The notes under the pieces are model-generated. The model did not search any database, was not told the DNA's origin, and was given only the letters and a program-made list of their open reading frames with translations. Shown here piece after piece: positions 55,402-64,000 of a stretch of 64,000 bases of DNA. Made by a program: the position numbers and the translations under genes. The DNA is from Gemmatimonadaceae bacterium (GTDB taxonomy: Bacteria > Gemmatimonadota > Gemmatimonadetes > Gemmatimonadales > Gemmatimonadaceae), in NCBI GenBank assembly GCA_051859245.1, contig JBHYGA010000001.1:1-64000 (forward strand), read 5' to 3'. Numbering within the stretch: the stretch's first letter is position 1; each line of letters begins with the position of its first letter.

Positions 55402-57624
55402 GTGTTTCGTTCAACAGTTCGTACATCACCAGCGTTTCGCATCAAACAGGTAGTTGTGGCGGCGCTGCTCGCCACACTCGTCGCATGTGGTAGCGACGAA
55501 GCAGACGACCCCATTGCACCACAGGGCGACTACACGGTGGCGCTGAACCCCGCCGCACTCACCATCACGCAGGGCCAGAACGCGCAGTTCAGCGTCACGG
55601 CCACGCGCACCGGTGGTTTTGCGGGTGCCATTGCCGGCACAGCGGAGGGTGCACCAGCCGGCGTGACGATCTCGCCCATTACGATCGCGGCCGGGAGCAA
55701 CAGCGCGCAGATCACGGCGACCGTCGCAGGCACAGCGACACCTGGTGCATACCCGATTACGATTCGCACCACCGCCACGGGCATTGCCGCCAAGACAAGC
55801 ACACTCACGCTGACGATCAACGCCGCCGCAACGCCCGCCATGGAAGTCGCGTTGGCTCCAGCCGCGTTGAACATTGCCGCAGGTGCGCAGGGCACGAGCA
55901 ACATGAACATCACGCGCAGCGGCGGTTTCGCGGGCGCCGTGACGCTGGCATTGCAGGGTAACGCACCAGCAGGCATCACCGTGACGCTGCCGGCCGGTCC
56001 GGTTGCCGGCAATACCGCCGCGATCAACGTTGCCGTGGCCAATCAGGTTGCTGCGGGCAACTATCCGATCACGATCAATGCGACCGGCACCGGAGTCACC
56101 GCGCGTAGTGCCGTGTTGACGGTGACGGTGACTGCGCCAAACCTTGGCACCTTCACGCTTGCGGCGAACCCCGCTGCCGTTGCGGTTACGCGGGGGCAGA
56201 CGGCGCAAACCACGATCACGGTCAATCGTGTCGCGCCGCATGTTGCGCCGGTGGCCTTGGCGATCACAGGACTCCCTGCAGGCGTCACCGCGGAAGTGAA
56301 CCCCTCGCCCATCGTTGGTAACACCGCCACCATTACGTTTATGGCAACCGCAGGTGCCACGATTGGCGCCAGCACCGTCAACATTGTGGGAACGGGTGGC
56401 AACGTCACGTCGGCGGCCATCAATGTCGCGTTGACCGTGGCGGCGGGCGGCAGTACCGGTGGCAACGTCACCTTTACGTTCTGCGAAGACACCGGTTTGC
56501 CTGTCTTCGTCGCCTATCAGGACGGTAACGGCGCGTGGACGCGCGCAAACGCGGCGGCCAACAATGTGTACTCGTTCAACATTGCGAGCGGTCGTGGTGG
56601 TGTGGCGGTTGTGACAGACATTGGCGGAGCGGATCTGTCGGTGCAGTATGGCAGTGCTGCTGAACTGAATGCGCTGGGCACCAGCTCGTGTGGTACTGCG
56701 CCTGCAACGGGCCGCACCTTCACAGGATCGGTGGCTGGCATCGGACCGATGGACTTTGTGTCTGTGGTGGCTGGCAACGCGTTTGCAACCGTGATGGGCT
56801 TTGGTGCCCCCACGTACACGCTCGAGAATGTTGCCCCGGGCGCGTTTGACTTGCTGGCCACGCGCTTCGCCTTCACCGGTGGACCGGGCAAATTCATCAT
56901 TCGTCGCAATCTGAATCCGGCCAACAACAGCGCACTTCCCGTGCTCGATTTCAACGGCCCGGAAGCGTTTGATCCTGTGCAGCGCACGGTCACCGTCAAC
57001 AACTCGCAGGGGCACGAACTCACTGCGTTTGGACTGTACGTATTGCAGGGCGGATCGAGCGGCGGTCTGTACTTCTCGGATTTCGAAGGCTCAACACAGA
57101 CCACGCGCAACTGGTACGGCGTACCGAATGACAAGCGCGCGGCGGGTGACTTCCACCTGCTGTTCGTGAATGCGTCAACGGGCGTGAACCAGTCGGATAC
57201 GCGCAGTATCGCGCGCGTGTTCCGCGAGGCCACGAATCAGACCTACACGCTGCCTGCGTCCCTCACCGCACCAACGATCTCATCGCTGGGCGCGAGTGGC
57301 GGCAACAGCCGGGTGCGTGCGGTGTATACGCCCCAGGCTGATTACGGCAGCCAGTGGTCGATTGGATATTCGCAGAACAACGGCGCCAACGTCTCGATCT
57401 CGGTGAACTCCGGCTACGCGGCAGGCGGTGCGATCACGATCGATGTTCCGGATCTCAGCGGGCTCGCAGGCTGGAACACGAACTGGGGACTGCGCGCTGG
57501 CCAGAGCACGACGTGGCAGTTCACCGCCAGCGGTTGGGACGCGAGCTTCAACCCAACGAGCCCGGGCTTCACAGACGGTGCCGTGGTTCGCTCGGCCTCC
57601 AAGCAGGGCGCGATCACGCCGTAA
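55402..57624 (+). CDS. Surface lipoprotein with three tandem Ig-like repeats
   Basis: Lipobox LVAC; three roughly 100-aa repeats (NPAAL..TQGQ...TRTGGFAGA...APAGVT); Thr/Ala/Gly-rich beta sequence. Confidence 0.85.
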   Translation: MFRSTVRTSPAFRIKQVVVAALLATLVACGSDEADDPIAPQGDYTVALNPAALTITQGQNAQFSVTATRTGGFAGAIAGTAEGAPAGVTISPITIAAGSNSAQITATVAGTATPGAYPITIRTTATGIAAKTSTLTLTINAAATPAMEVALAPAALNIAAGAQGTSNMNITRSGGFAGAVTLALQGNAPAGITVTLPAGPVAGNTAAINVAVANQVAAGNYPITINATGTGVTARSAVLTVTVTAPNLGTFTLAANPAAVAVTRGQTAQTTITVNRVAPHVAPVALAITGLPAGVTAEVNPSPIVGNTATITFMATAGATIGASTVNIVGTGGNVTSAAINVALTVAAGGSTGGNVTFTFCEDTGLPVFVAYQDGNGAWTRANAAANNVYSFNIASGRGGVAVVTDIGGADLSVQYGSAAELNALGTSSCGTAPATGRTFTGSVAGIGPMDFVSVVAGNAFATVMGFGAPTYTLENVAPGAFDLLATRFAFTGGPGKFIIRRNLNPANNSALPVLDFNGPEAFDPVQRTVTVNNSQGHELTAFGLYVLQGGSSGGLYFSDFEGSTQTTRNWYGVPNDKRAAGDFHLLFVNASTGVNQSDTRSIARVFREATNQTYTLPASLTAPTISSLGASGGNSRVRAVYTPQADYGSQWSIGYSQNNGANVSISVNSGYAAGGAITIDVPDLSGLAGWNTNWGLRAGQSTTWQFTASGWDASFNPTSPGFTDGAVVRSASKQGAITP

Positions 57625-57651
57625 CACCACGCGGTTCAGCGGGTATGTTCA

Positions 57652-57689
57652 GATCGGGGAGCGCATCGCAACGATGCTGCTCCCCGATC
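57652..57689 (+). terminator. Hairpin terminator downstream of the lipoprotein gene
   Basis: GATCGGGGAGC-GCATCG-CAA-CGATGC-T-GCTCCCCGATC. Confidence 0.7.
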
Positions 57690-57735
57690 GTCGTTGGCGT
57701 GTGAATGCAACACGATTCCTCTTCAGTACTTGCTC

Positions 57736-59733
57736 ATGTCCGCTGTGCGCTCTCCGTCAGTTCTCCGCTCCGTGCCTCACCGTTTGCATGCGATCATGGC
57801 CGCGGTGTGCTGCGTTGCCGCCCCGATCAGCGCGCAACCGTCGCTCACCACGCAGGCCAGCGACAGTGTGGCCAAATGGGCGGTGCCGCTTGCACGGGCA
57901 GGCACGACGTCGGCCGCGATATTGCTCGAATCCTTGGATGCACAGGTCGAGCGCGACGGCAGCGGTCGGCGCACCCATCGCACGGTCGTGCACGTGCTGC
58001 AGCAATCGGCAGTCAACGGATCGGCCGAGCGTCGCTTCAGTTGGCAACCGAGTCGACAGGATTTTGTGCTGGACTGGGTGCGTGTACTGCGTCCCGATGG
58101 CACGGTCATCAGCAACGCACCGAGCACCGACCAGACCGGCGACGCAACCGCGTCAATGCAGAATCCGATTTATGTGGACAGCCGTACGAGGCGAATTTCA
58201 CTTTCTGGTGTCGCGGCCAATACGATTGTTGATGTGCAGTACACGGTGATCGACAAATCACCGTGGCGCGAAGGTGATTTTCTGATCAACTGGCAGTTCT
58301 CGCCGCCAGGCCCCATGCGTGTGTCGCAGCTGCGCGTGAGTGTGCCAAGCGACTTTTCGCCGCGTATTGATGAGCGCAATCTCACCATGCGTCGCCGCGA
58401 GAGTACTGAAGCTGGTCGCACCGTGTATGAATGGCGCGCCGTGCAACCGCCGATCGTGCGCGCAGAACCGTTTGCGTCCGACTCCAACGATGTACGCATG
58501 ACCGTGACGGTCTCGGCGCCGCACTCATGGGATAGTGTCACCACGTGGTATCACAATCTCGCCAGGGATTCGTACACGCTCGACGCCGCGTCGGCGGCGC
58601 GCGCCGACAGTGTGGTGCGAGGCGCGACATCGCGAACCGACACGCTGCAACGCTTGCACAAGTGGATCGCGCAGGATATTCGCTATGTGTCGGTCTCGCT
58701 CGGCCTTGGAGGATTCCAGCCGCGTTCGCCGCTGGACGTGCTCAGCACCGGCTACGGTGATTGCAAAGACAAAACCACGCTGTTCGTGGCGGCCGCCAGG
58801 CGTTGGGGCATTGACGCTCGCGCGGTGCTGCTGAATCTCAATGGCGGTCGTGATTCACGACCGGTTGCGATCAATCGCTTCAACCATGCCATCGCGGCCA
58901 TTGCCGGTCCGAACAACAGCTACACGTTTACGGATCTTACCGCAGGACACATTCCGTACGGTCAGCTCCCGGGTTCGTATCGCGGTGCGTTTGGTGTGGT
59001 GATCCGCCCCGATGGCACCGCCGACGAAGTGCAGTTTCCGCAACGCCCCGCGGATTCCACCGGCAGTTCGGTGCGCATGATCGCCACACTGCAGGAGGAC
59101 GGCCGCATGTCCATGCGTGTGGAGGACAGACCGCGCGGCGACAATGCGTGGGCCATGCGCGTGGCGTTTTCGCAGCCGCTTGATTCGGCGCGACGCGCCA
59201 CTGGACTCCGTGGCATTGCCACCAGCTATTTGCCGGAGTCAACCGCCGATTCGCTGCAGGTGTTCGACGGCCTGGACTTCTCGCAGCCGGAACGTGTGCA
59301 GGCCGTGCTGATCAACGGACGTGGCGCGCGCCCCGCCGGGCCAGTGTGGTTATTGCATCTACCACCAGCCTATCGACAGGTGGCGACGAGTGCGTCGAAC
59401 TCCGCACGTGAGCTTTCGGCAATGTCCGAGCGCAAGTTGCCGATCGACGCGACGCGTGTGATCGGCGCACGCATTGTGGAGGTGGAGTATCGGGTGACGC
59501 TGCCCGACGGCTGGCGTGCGCAGCTACCGCCTGCGGTTTCAACCACCAGCTTCTTCGCGCGCTACGAGAGCACGTACCGCATGGAAGGCCGTGATCTTGT
59601 GATGCGCCGCGTATTGCGTGGCCAGGGTGAGGGAGTACATCCGCCACAACGCATCGTCGAAGTGATCGCCTGGATGCGCGCCGTTGCGGCGGATGACATT
59701 GAGTTCATCACACTCACCCCGTCGCCGCGCTAG
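57736..59733 (+). CDS. DUF3857 + transglutaminase-like domain protein, exported
   Basis: IRYVSVSLGLGGFQP, GYGDCKDK (catalytic Cys), FNHAI, TDLT; start uncertain (57694-57796). Confidence 0.9.
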   Translation: MSAVRSPSVLRSVPHRLHAIMAAVCCVAAPISAQPSLTTQASDSVAKWAVPLARAGTTSAAILLESLDAQVERDGSGRRTHRTVVHVLQQSAVNGSAERRFSWQPSRQDFVLDWVRVLRPDGTVISNAPSTDQTGDATASMQNPIYVDSRTRRISLSGVAANTIVDVQYTVIDKSPWREGDFLINWQFSPPGPMRVSQLRVSVPSDFSPRIDERNLTMRRRESTEAGRTVYEWRAVQPPIVRAEPFASDSNDVRMTVTVSAPHSWDSVTTWYHNLARDSYTLDAASAARADSVVRGATSRTDTLQRLHKWIAQDIRYVSVSLGLGGFQPRSPLDVLSTGYGDCKDKTTLFVAAARRWGIDARAVLLNLNGGRDSRPVAINRFNHAIAAIAGPNNSYTFTDLTAGHIPYGQLPGSYRGAFGVVIRPDGTADEVQFPQRPADSTGSSVRMIATLQEDGRMSMRVEDRPRGDNAWAMRVAFSQPLDSARRATGLRGIATSYLPESTADSLQVFDGLDFSQPERVQAVLINGRGARPAGPVWLLHLPPAYRQVATSASNSARELSAMSERKLPIDATRVIGARIVEVEYRVTLPDGWRAQLPPAVSTTSFFARYESTYRMEGRDLVMRRVLRGQGEGVHPPQRIVEVIAWMRAVAADDIEFITLTPSPR

Positions 59734-61658
59734 TAATCCACCGGTCGCAGGTACGACTCACCAATCGCGGTGTTGCTCAGCAGCGCAACAGAGGGACCAC
59801 GACGCTTCCAGTGTGTGCTGTCGAGGCGGTTGCGCACGAGCTTTACATCGGCGGCACGAAAGCCGCGCGAAATAAGCGCCTCCGCCGACCAGCCGTTCAG
59901 CAGCCAATGCAGCAGCTCGTCAGCCTTCGCGTAACTGATGCCGAGATCTGTTTCGTCGGTCTGTCCCTTGATCAGATCTGCCGTTGGTGGCTTGTCGACA
60001 ATGACCGTTGGTACACCCAAGTGCCGCGCCAGCTGTTGCACTTGTGTTTTGTACAAATCGCCGAGCGGATTCACCGGCGGTGAATCGTCGCCGTGCCACG
60101 TGTAGTAGCCAAAGAGTCGCTCCGTTTTGTTGCCGGTACCGAGTGGCAGGGCACGATACTTTGCCGACAGGTCAAAGAGTGTGATCATGCGCATGCGCGA
60201 CATCACGTTGCCGCGACGCGCGGGATCGGCGTCGGGCTCAGCGGCGAGATACCCGTCCACGGCGGGTGAGATGTCGACGGTGCGTTCCTGAATGCCGAGC
60301 GCATCAACGACCAGCTGCGCATGCGTGAGCGAATCGGCGCCCGATGTGCGATACGGCATGCGCACCGCAATCACATTCTCGGCGCCAAACGCACGCGCGG
60401 CGAGATATGCCGTAACGGCCGAATCAATGCCACCGGAAAGTCCCACGAGTGCTTTTTCGTAACTGCGTCGTGCGAACTCTTCACGAAGAAAGCCCGTCAG
60501 CCACTGTTCGGTCAGTTCAACGTCCAGCGTGAGCGCGGGCGGTCCTCCCTGCTCACGAAGTGTCACGCGCGTGATTGCGATCTCGTCGGCCGACACGGTG
60601 CGTTCGCTGGCCGCATCACTCACGGTGAGTTCTGGCGGAATCGCGTACTCGCCGGTGTGAAAGCCACGTGCGTCGAGCAGTAGATCAGCCGCGGCCGGTT
60701 CGGGTCCATCGTACTCGAGACGCTCCGGCTCGCGCGATCGCACCACACGCAACTGTTCGAGCACATGTGGCAAAGCCACACGCAAATCTGCCAGCAGCGG
60801 CGAGTCAGCGCGCGCACGTACCAGGTCATCAAGATCGACCGTGGCAATCACCAGATGCTCGTCCCACACCGGCGCGCGCACACGAATGTCGCCGCTTGGT
60901 CCAACGATCAGCGAACTGCCGAAAAAGCGTTTACCGCCTTCCGTGCCCACAAGATTCGAATACGCGGTGTACACGCCGTGTTCGTCGGCGATATCACGCA
61001 TCAGGCGTTCCCAGCGCGTCACGCTCGCCGGCCCGGGCACGCCGTCTTCGCGCGCGTACGGTCCGCGCGCGGGGGCGGCACTCAGCACGAACACCACTTT
61101 CGCGTCATCCAGCGCCGCAATGGTGCCTGAGAGCGAGTGCCACGCGTCTTCGCAAATCAGCATCGCGGCGCGGCCCCACGCCGTCTCAAATGCGCGCAAC
61201 GAGGTGCCGCGTTCAACGAAACGCTCTTCGTCAAACAGACCGTACGTGGGCAGATAGTTCTTGCGGTGTACGTGGCGAATGATCGGCGGCCCATCGGGCA
61301 ATCCGATCGTGATGTACGCGGCGCTGTTGAACAGCGTGTCGCGCCACCGTTCGTAAAACCCGATCACCACGTCAACCGTGTTCGGCACTCGGTCGAGTTC
61401 GGCGCAGGCGGCTCGGTATGCGTCATCAAGATCGTTAGCGAGTGCGCCGGCCGTGCAGGCGAGTTCCCGCACGCCGCCTTCCACGAAGTAGCCACTGAGC
61501 GCCGTTTCCGGGAACTGAATGACCTGTGGCGACGGCTCGCTTTGGGTGGCCTGGGCACAGAGGCGACCAATGCGGGCGATGTTTCCGGCGACATCCCTCT
61601 TGCGAGGGGCAAACTGGCAGACCGCGAGGGTCAGCGGACGAATTGGCTCTGCAGACAT
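59730..61658 (-). CDS. nadE: Glutamine-dependent NAD+ synthetase (nitrilase domain fused to NadE)
   Basis: FPE, HRKNYLPTYGLFDE, ICEDAW; GLSGGIDS, GTGNKTE, GDLYKTQV, KPPTADL, GQTDE. Confidence 0.95.
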   Translation of the reverse strand: MSAEPIRPLTLAVCQFAPRKRDVAGNIARIGRLCAQATQSEPSPQVIQFPETALSGYFVEGGVRELACTAGALANDLDDAYRAACAELDRVPNTVDVVIGFYERWRDTLFNSAAYITIGLPDGPPIIRHVHRKNYLPTYGLFDEERFVERGTSLRAFETAWGRAAMLICEDAWHSLSGTIAALDDAKVVFVLSAAPARGPYAREDGVPGPASVTRWERLMRDIADEHGVYTAYSNLVGTEGGKRFFGSSLIVGPSGDIRVRAPVWDEHLVIATVDLDDLVRARADSPLLADLRVALPHVLEQLRVVRSREPERLEYDGPEPAAADLLLDARGFHTGEYAIPPELTVSDAASERTVSADEIAITRVTLREQGGPPALTLDVELTEQWLTGFLREEFARRSYEKALVGLSGGIDSAVTAYLAARAFGAENVIAVRMPYRTSGADSLTHAQLVVDALGIQERTVDISPAVDGYLAAEPDADPARRGNVMSRMRMITLFDLSAKYRALPLGTGNKTERLFGYYTWHGDDSPPVNPLGDLYKTQVQQLARHLGVPTVIVDKPPTADLIKGQTDETDLGISYAKADELLHWLLNGWSAEALISRGFRAADVKLVRNRLDSTHWKRRGPSVALLSNTAIGESYLRPVDY

Positions 61659-61719
61659 ACCGGAAGGTGATGTGACCCGCGCCGCCGATCAACTCATTGG
61701 CCCCGGGGTATTTTCATGC

Positions 61720-63768
61720 ATGCCGAATTCCGTACGTCGCCTGCCCGCCTGCGCGGGGGGTCGAGCTGCATATCTGTCTTCGATTCTGGCCGTGGCGCTG
61801 GTGCTAATGCCAACGTCGGGCCGGGCTCAGGCTGCGACCACGGAGCCGTGGCGCATCATTGAGCCAGCCCAGGCAACGCTGGTGGTCGCGCGCGACGGCC
61901 AACTCATTGGTGAGTTTGGCACGGAACGTCGATTCTCCGTGCCGCTCGCCACGCTGCCCAAGTACGTAGGGCAGGCCTTCATCGCGGTAGAAGACAAGCG
62001 CTACTACCAGCACGACGGCGTGGACCTCGTCGGCGTGGCGGCGGCGATCAAGGACGCCGCGACGAGTGGTGATTTGCGAGGCGCCAGCACGATCACGCAG
62101 CTGCTGGTGGGCAACATGCATCCCAACATTATCGATCGCAGCGATCGGTCGATCTCGCGCAAGCTGCGTGAACAGCAGGCGGCGCGCGAAATGGAGAAGC
62201 GCTACAACAAGGCGCAGATCCTTGAAGCATTCTTGAATCAGATTCCGTTCGGTCGAGGCTGGCACGGGATCGAGATGGCGGCGCTCCACTACTTCGGCAA
62301 ACGGGCGGCCGAGCTTTCACTGGCCGAGGCCGCGTCGCTGGCCGCGATGCCCAAGAGTCCGGTGCAGTACGATCCGATTCGTTATCCGGATCGTAATCGC
62401 GAACGTCGCAACCTCGTGCTCGCGCTCATGCGCGATCAGGGTTACATCACGCCCGCGCAGGCCGCGGCGGCGCAGCGCGAAGCCGTGCGAACCGCAAAGG
62501 ATTTTGGCATGGTGCGCGCGCCGTGGGTCACGGACGTTGTGCGCGTGCAAGCCGAGCGCGCCGGTGTATCGGTCTCGCGCGGTGGCTATCGCATCGTGAC
62601 CACGATCGATCCGGGGGCGCAGCGTGCGGCACAGGATGCGCTTGTGGAAGGCATTGAAGAAATGGAATCACGCCCGGGTTGGCGGCACGGGACCTGTCGC
62701 AACACGTCCAATGCGCCACGCACCTGCCTCGAAGGTGCGGTGGTGGCGCTCGACGCGTATACGGGCGATGTGCGTGCTCTTGTGGGCGGCCGGGATTATT
62801 CAGCCTCGTCGTTTAATCGTGCGGTCGACGGCAACCGTCAGCCCGGCAGTTCGTTCAAGCCATTCGTGTACGCCACGGCAATCGCGCGCGGCATGACGGC
62901 GAACGCGCACGTGGGCGATACGAGCATGAACATTGTGCTCCCCGAACGCCGCATCTATTCGCCAACCAACGCCGACGGCTTGTTTCTCGGCGATCTCACA
63001 CTGCGCGACGCGCTGGCCCGCTCGCGCAACCCGGTGGCGGTGGACCTCACGATGCAGCTGGGCATTGATAGTGTGGCCGCGACGGCGCAGCGCTCGGGAA
63101 TCCGATCCGCGATTGCTCCGTATCCGTCGAGCGCACTCGGCGCGAGCGTCGTGCAACCGCTGGATTTTGTGGCGTCCTACGCGGTGTTCACGAACGGTGG
63201 CATGGCGGTTGAGCCGCGGTTCATTGATCGGGTCGAAGACCGCGAAGGGCGTGCGGTGTACAGTGCGCGACCGTCTACGCCAACGGTGGCCATGGATCCA
63301 CGTGTGGCGTTTATTGTGCGCGACATGATGCGTGATGCGGTCGAGCGCGGTACCGGTGTCGCCGCGCGTCGTGCGTTGCAGGCCTCAGTCCCGCTGGCCG
63401 GAAAAACCGGGACGAGCAATGACAACGTGGACGTGTGGTTTGTGGGCGTCACGCCTGATCTTGTGGCCGGCGCTTGGCTGGGCTTTGACACTCCGCGCAC
63501 TATCACGCCTGGCGCGGCTGGCGGAAGCCTCGCCGCGCCGATTGTCGGGCGCATGTTGAACGCGATCGCACCCACCCGCAGCGCGTCGGCGTGGGAAGCA
63601 CCGCTCGGACTTGTGGGCGTGACGCTAGATCGCGAAACGGGGTTGGACGCCGACGAGATGACGCCACGCGATCGACGCTACACCGAGTGGTTTCTCGATG
63701 GCACGGAGCCAGGCGCGGCGCGCAGCTGGCCGTGGAGCCTGTTCCGGCTTGGCCCAATCGGGCACTAG
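61720..63768 (+). CDS. Class A penicillin-binding protein (PBP1A family)
   Basis: EDKRYYQHDGVD, GASTITQLL, RKLRE; GSSFK (SxxK), SRN, KTG. Confidence 0.94.
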   Translation: MPNSVRRLPACAGGRAAYLSSILAVALVLMPTSGRAQAATTEPWRIIEPAQATLVVARDGQLIGEFGTERRFSVPLATLPKYVGQAFIAVEDKRYYQHDGVDLVGVAAAIKDAATSGDLRGASTITQLLVGNMHPNIIDRSDRSISRKLREQQAAREMEKRYNKAQILEAFLNQIPFGRGWHGIEMAALHYFGKRAAELSLAEAASLAAMPKSPVQYDPIRYPDRNRERRNLVLALMRDQGYITPAQAAAAQREAVRTAKDFGMVRAPWVTDVVRVQAERAGVSVSRGGYRIVTTIDPGAQRAAQDALVEGIEEMESRPGWRHGTCRNTSNAPRTCLEGAVVALDAYTGDVRALVGGRDYSASSFNRAVDGNRQPGSSFKPFVYATAIARGMTANAHVGDTSMNIVLPERRIYSPTNADGLFLGDLTLRDALARSRNPVAVDLTMQLGIDSVAATAQRSGIRSAIAPYPSSALGASVVQPLDFVASYAVFTNGGMAVEPRFIDRVEDREGRAVYSARPSTPTVAMDPRVAFIVRDMMRDAVERGTGVAARRALQASVPLAGKTGTSNDNVDVWFVGVTPDLVAGAWLGFDTPRTITPGAAGGSLAAPIVGRMLNAIAPTRSASAWEAPLGLVGVTLDRETGLDADEMTPRDRRYTEWFLDGTEPGAARSWPWSLFRLGPIGH

Positions 63769-63776
63769 GTGTGGAG

Positions 63777-63814
63777 CGCGGATCCGCGAGCATGAGAGGC
63801 TCGCGGATCACGCG
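63777..63814. terminator. Hairpin between convergent genes
   Basis: GATCCGCGAGC-ATGAGAG-GCTCGCGGATC with outer CGCG pairs. Confidence 0.75.
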
Positions 63815-63819
63815 GGAAC

Positions 63820-63999
63820 TCACATTTCGATCGGACGCCTCGGACGGAACTCATCGTCTGAGAGTTCAACGCGTTTGATGTCCACTAACGGAATGGTGCG
63901 AAACTCGTTGCGAAAGAGCGAGAACACGACCACGCCGCCGTTCTGGATGGCGTACGGTTCGTAGCTGCGTTCGTATTCCGTTTCGCCGTTCTCAGAGTC
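63820..63999 (-). CDS. C-terminal fragment of a probable WYL-domain protein (runs off the window)
   Basis: Hand translation: DSENGETEYERSYEPYAIQNGGVVVFSLFRNEFRTIPLVDIKRVELSDDEFRPRRPIEM*. Confidence 0.65.
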   Translation of the reverse strand, partial: DSENGETEYERSYEPYAIQNGGVVVFSLFRNEFRTIPLVDIKRVELSDDEFRPRRPIEM

Positions 64000-64000
64000 G

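Noticed and set aside
55426..57015. 529-aa antisense ORF
   Set aside because: Shadow of the lipoprotein gene in GC-rich DNA; Arg-rich with no motifs.
1..64000. tRNA, rRNA, known riboswitches, prophage or integrase
   Set aside because: No recognisable signatures found by eye; an Infernal/tRNAscan run would be needed to exclude them fully.

Overview
A gene-dense, GC-rich bacterial chromosomal segment. Its gene content (BTAD/SARP-TPR regulator, PadR plus ADOP permease, ECF sigma with HEAT-repeat proteins, many secreted peptidases, fused E1 alpha/beta dehydrogenase) suggests Gemmatimonadota or a similar lineage; this assignment is inference, not a database result. About 50 credible CDSs are present. 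They include pdxH, bioFADB behind a Fur-SCO-cupredoxin unit, rpmE2, a ZIP transporter, rhodanese/OsmC, htpX, alkD, nadE, a class A PBP, S9/M28/M14/M23 peptidases and two small paralogous HNH nucleases. I found no rRNA, tRNA, CRISPR array, transposase or prophage. The most interesting unexplained structure is: (1) a promoter + palindromic operator + 28-codon leader ORF containing a terminator-like hairpin directly in front of an HNH nuclease (49556-50221); (2) a dispersed inverted-repeat element built from octamer repeats (23040-23289, with another copy at 1-76); (3) a four-hairpin 5' leader before ribosomal protein L31 type B; (4) a coupled pair of M14 carboxypeptidases, one lacking its zinc ligands; and (5) several clean operator palindromes and SARP-like 11-bp-spaced repeats. 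All product calls come from motif recognition by eye; no searches were run.
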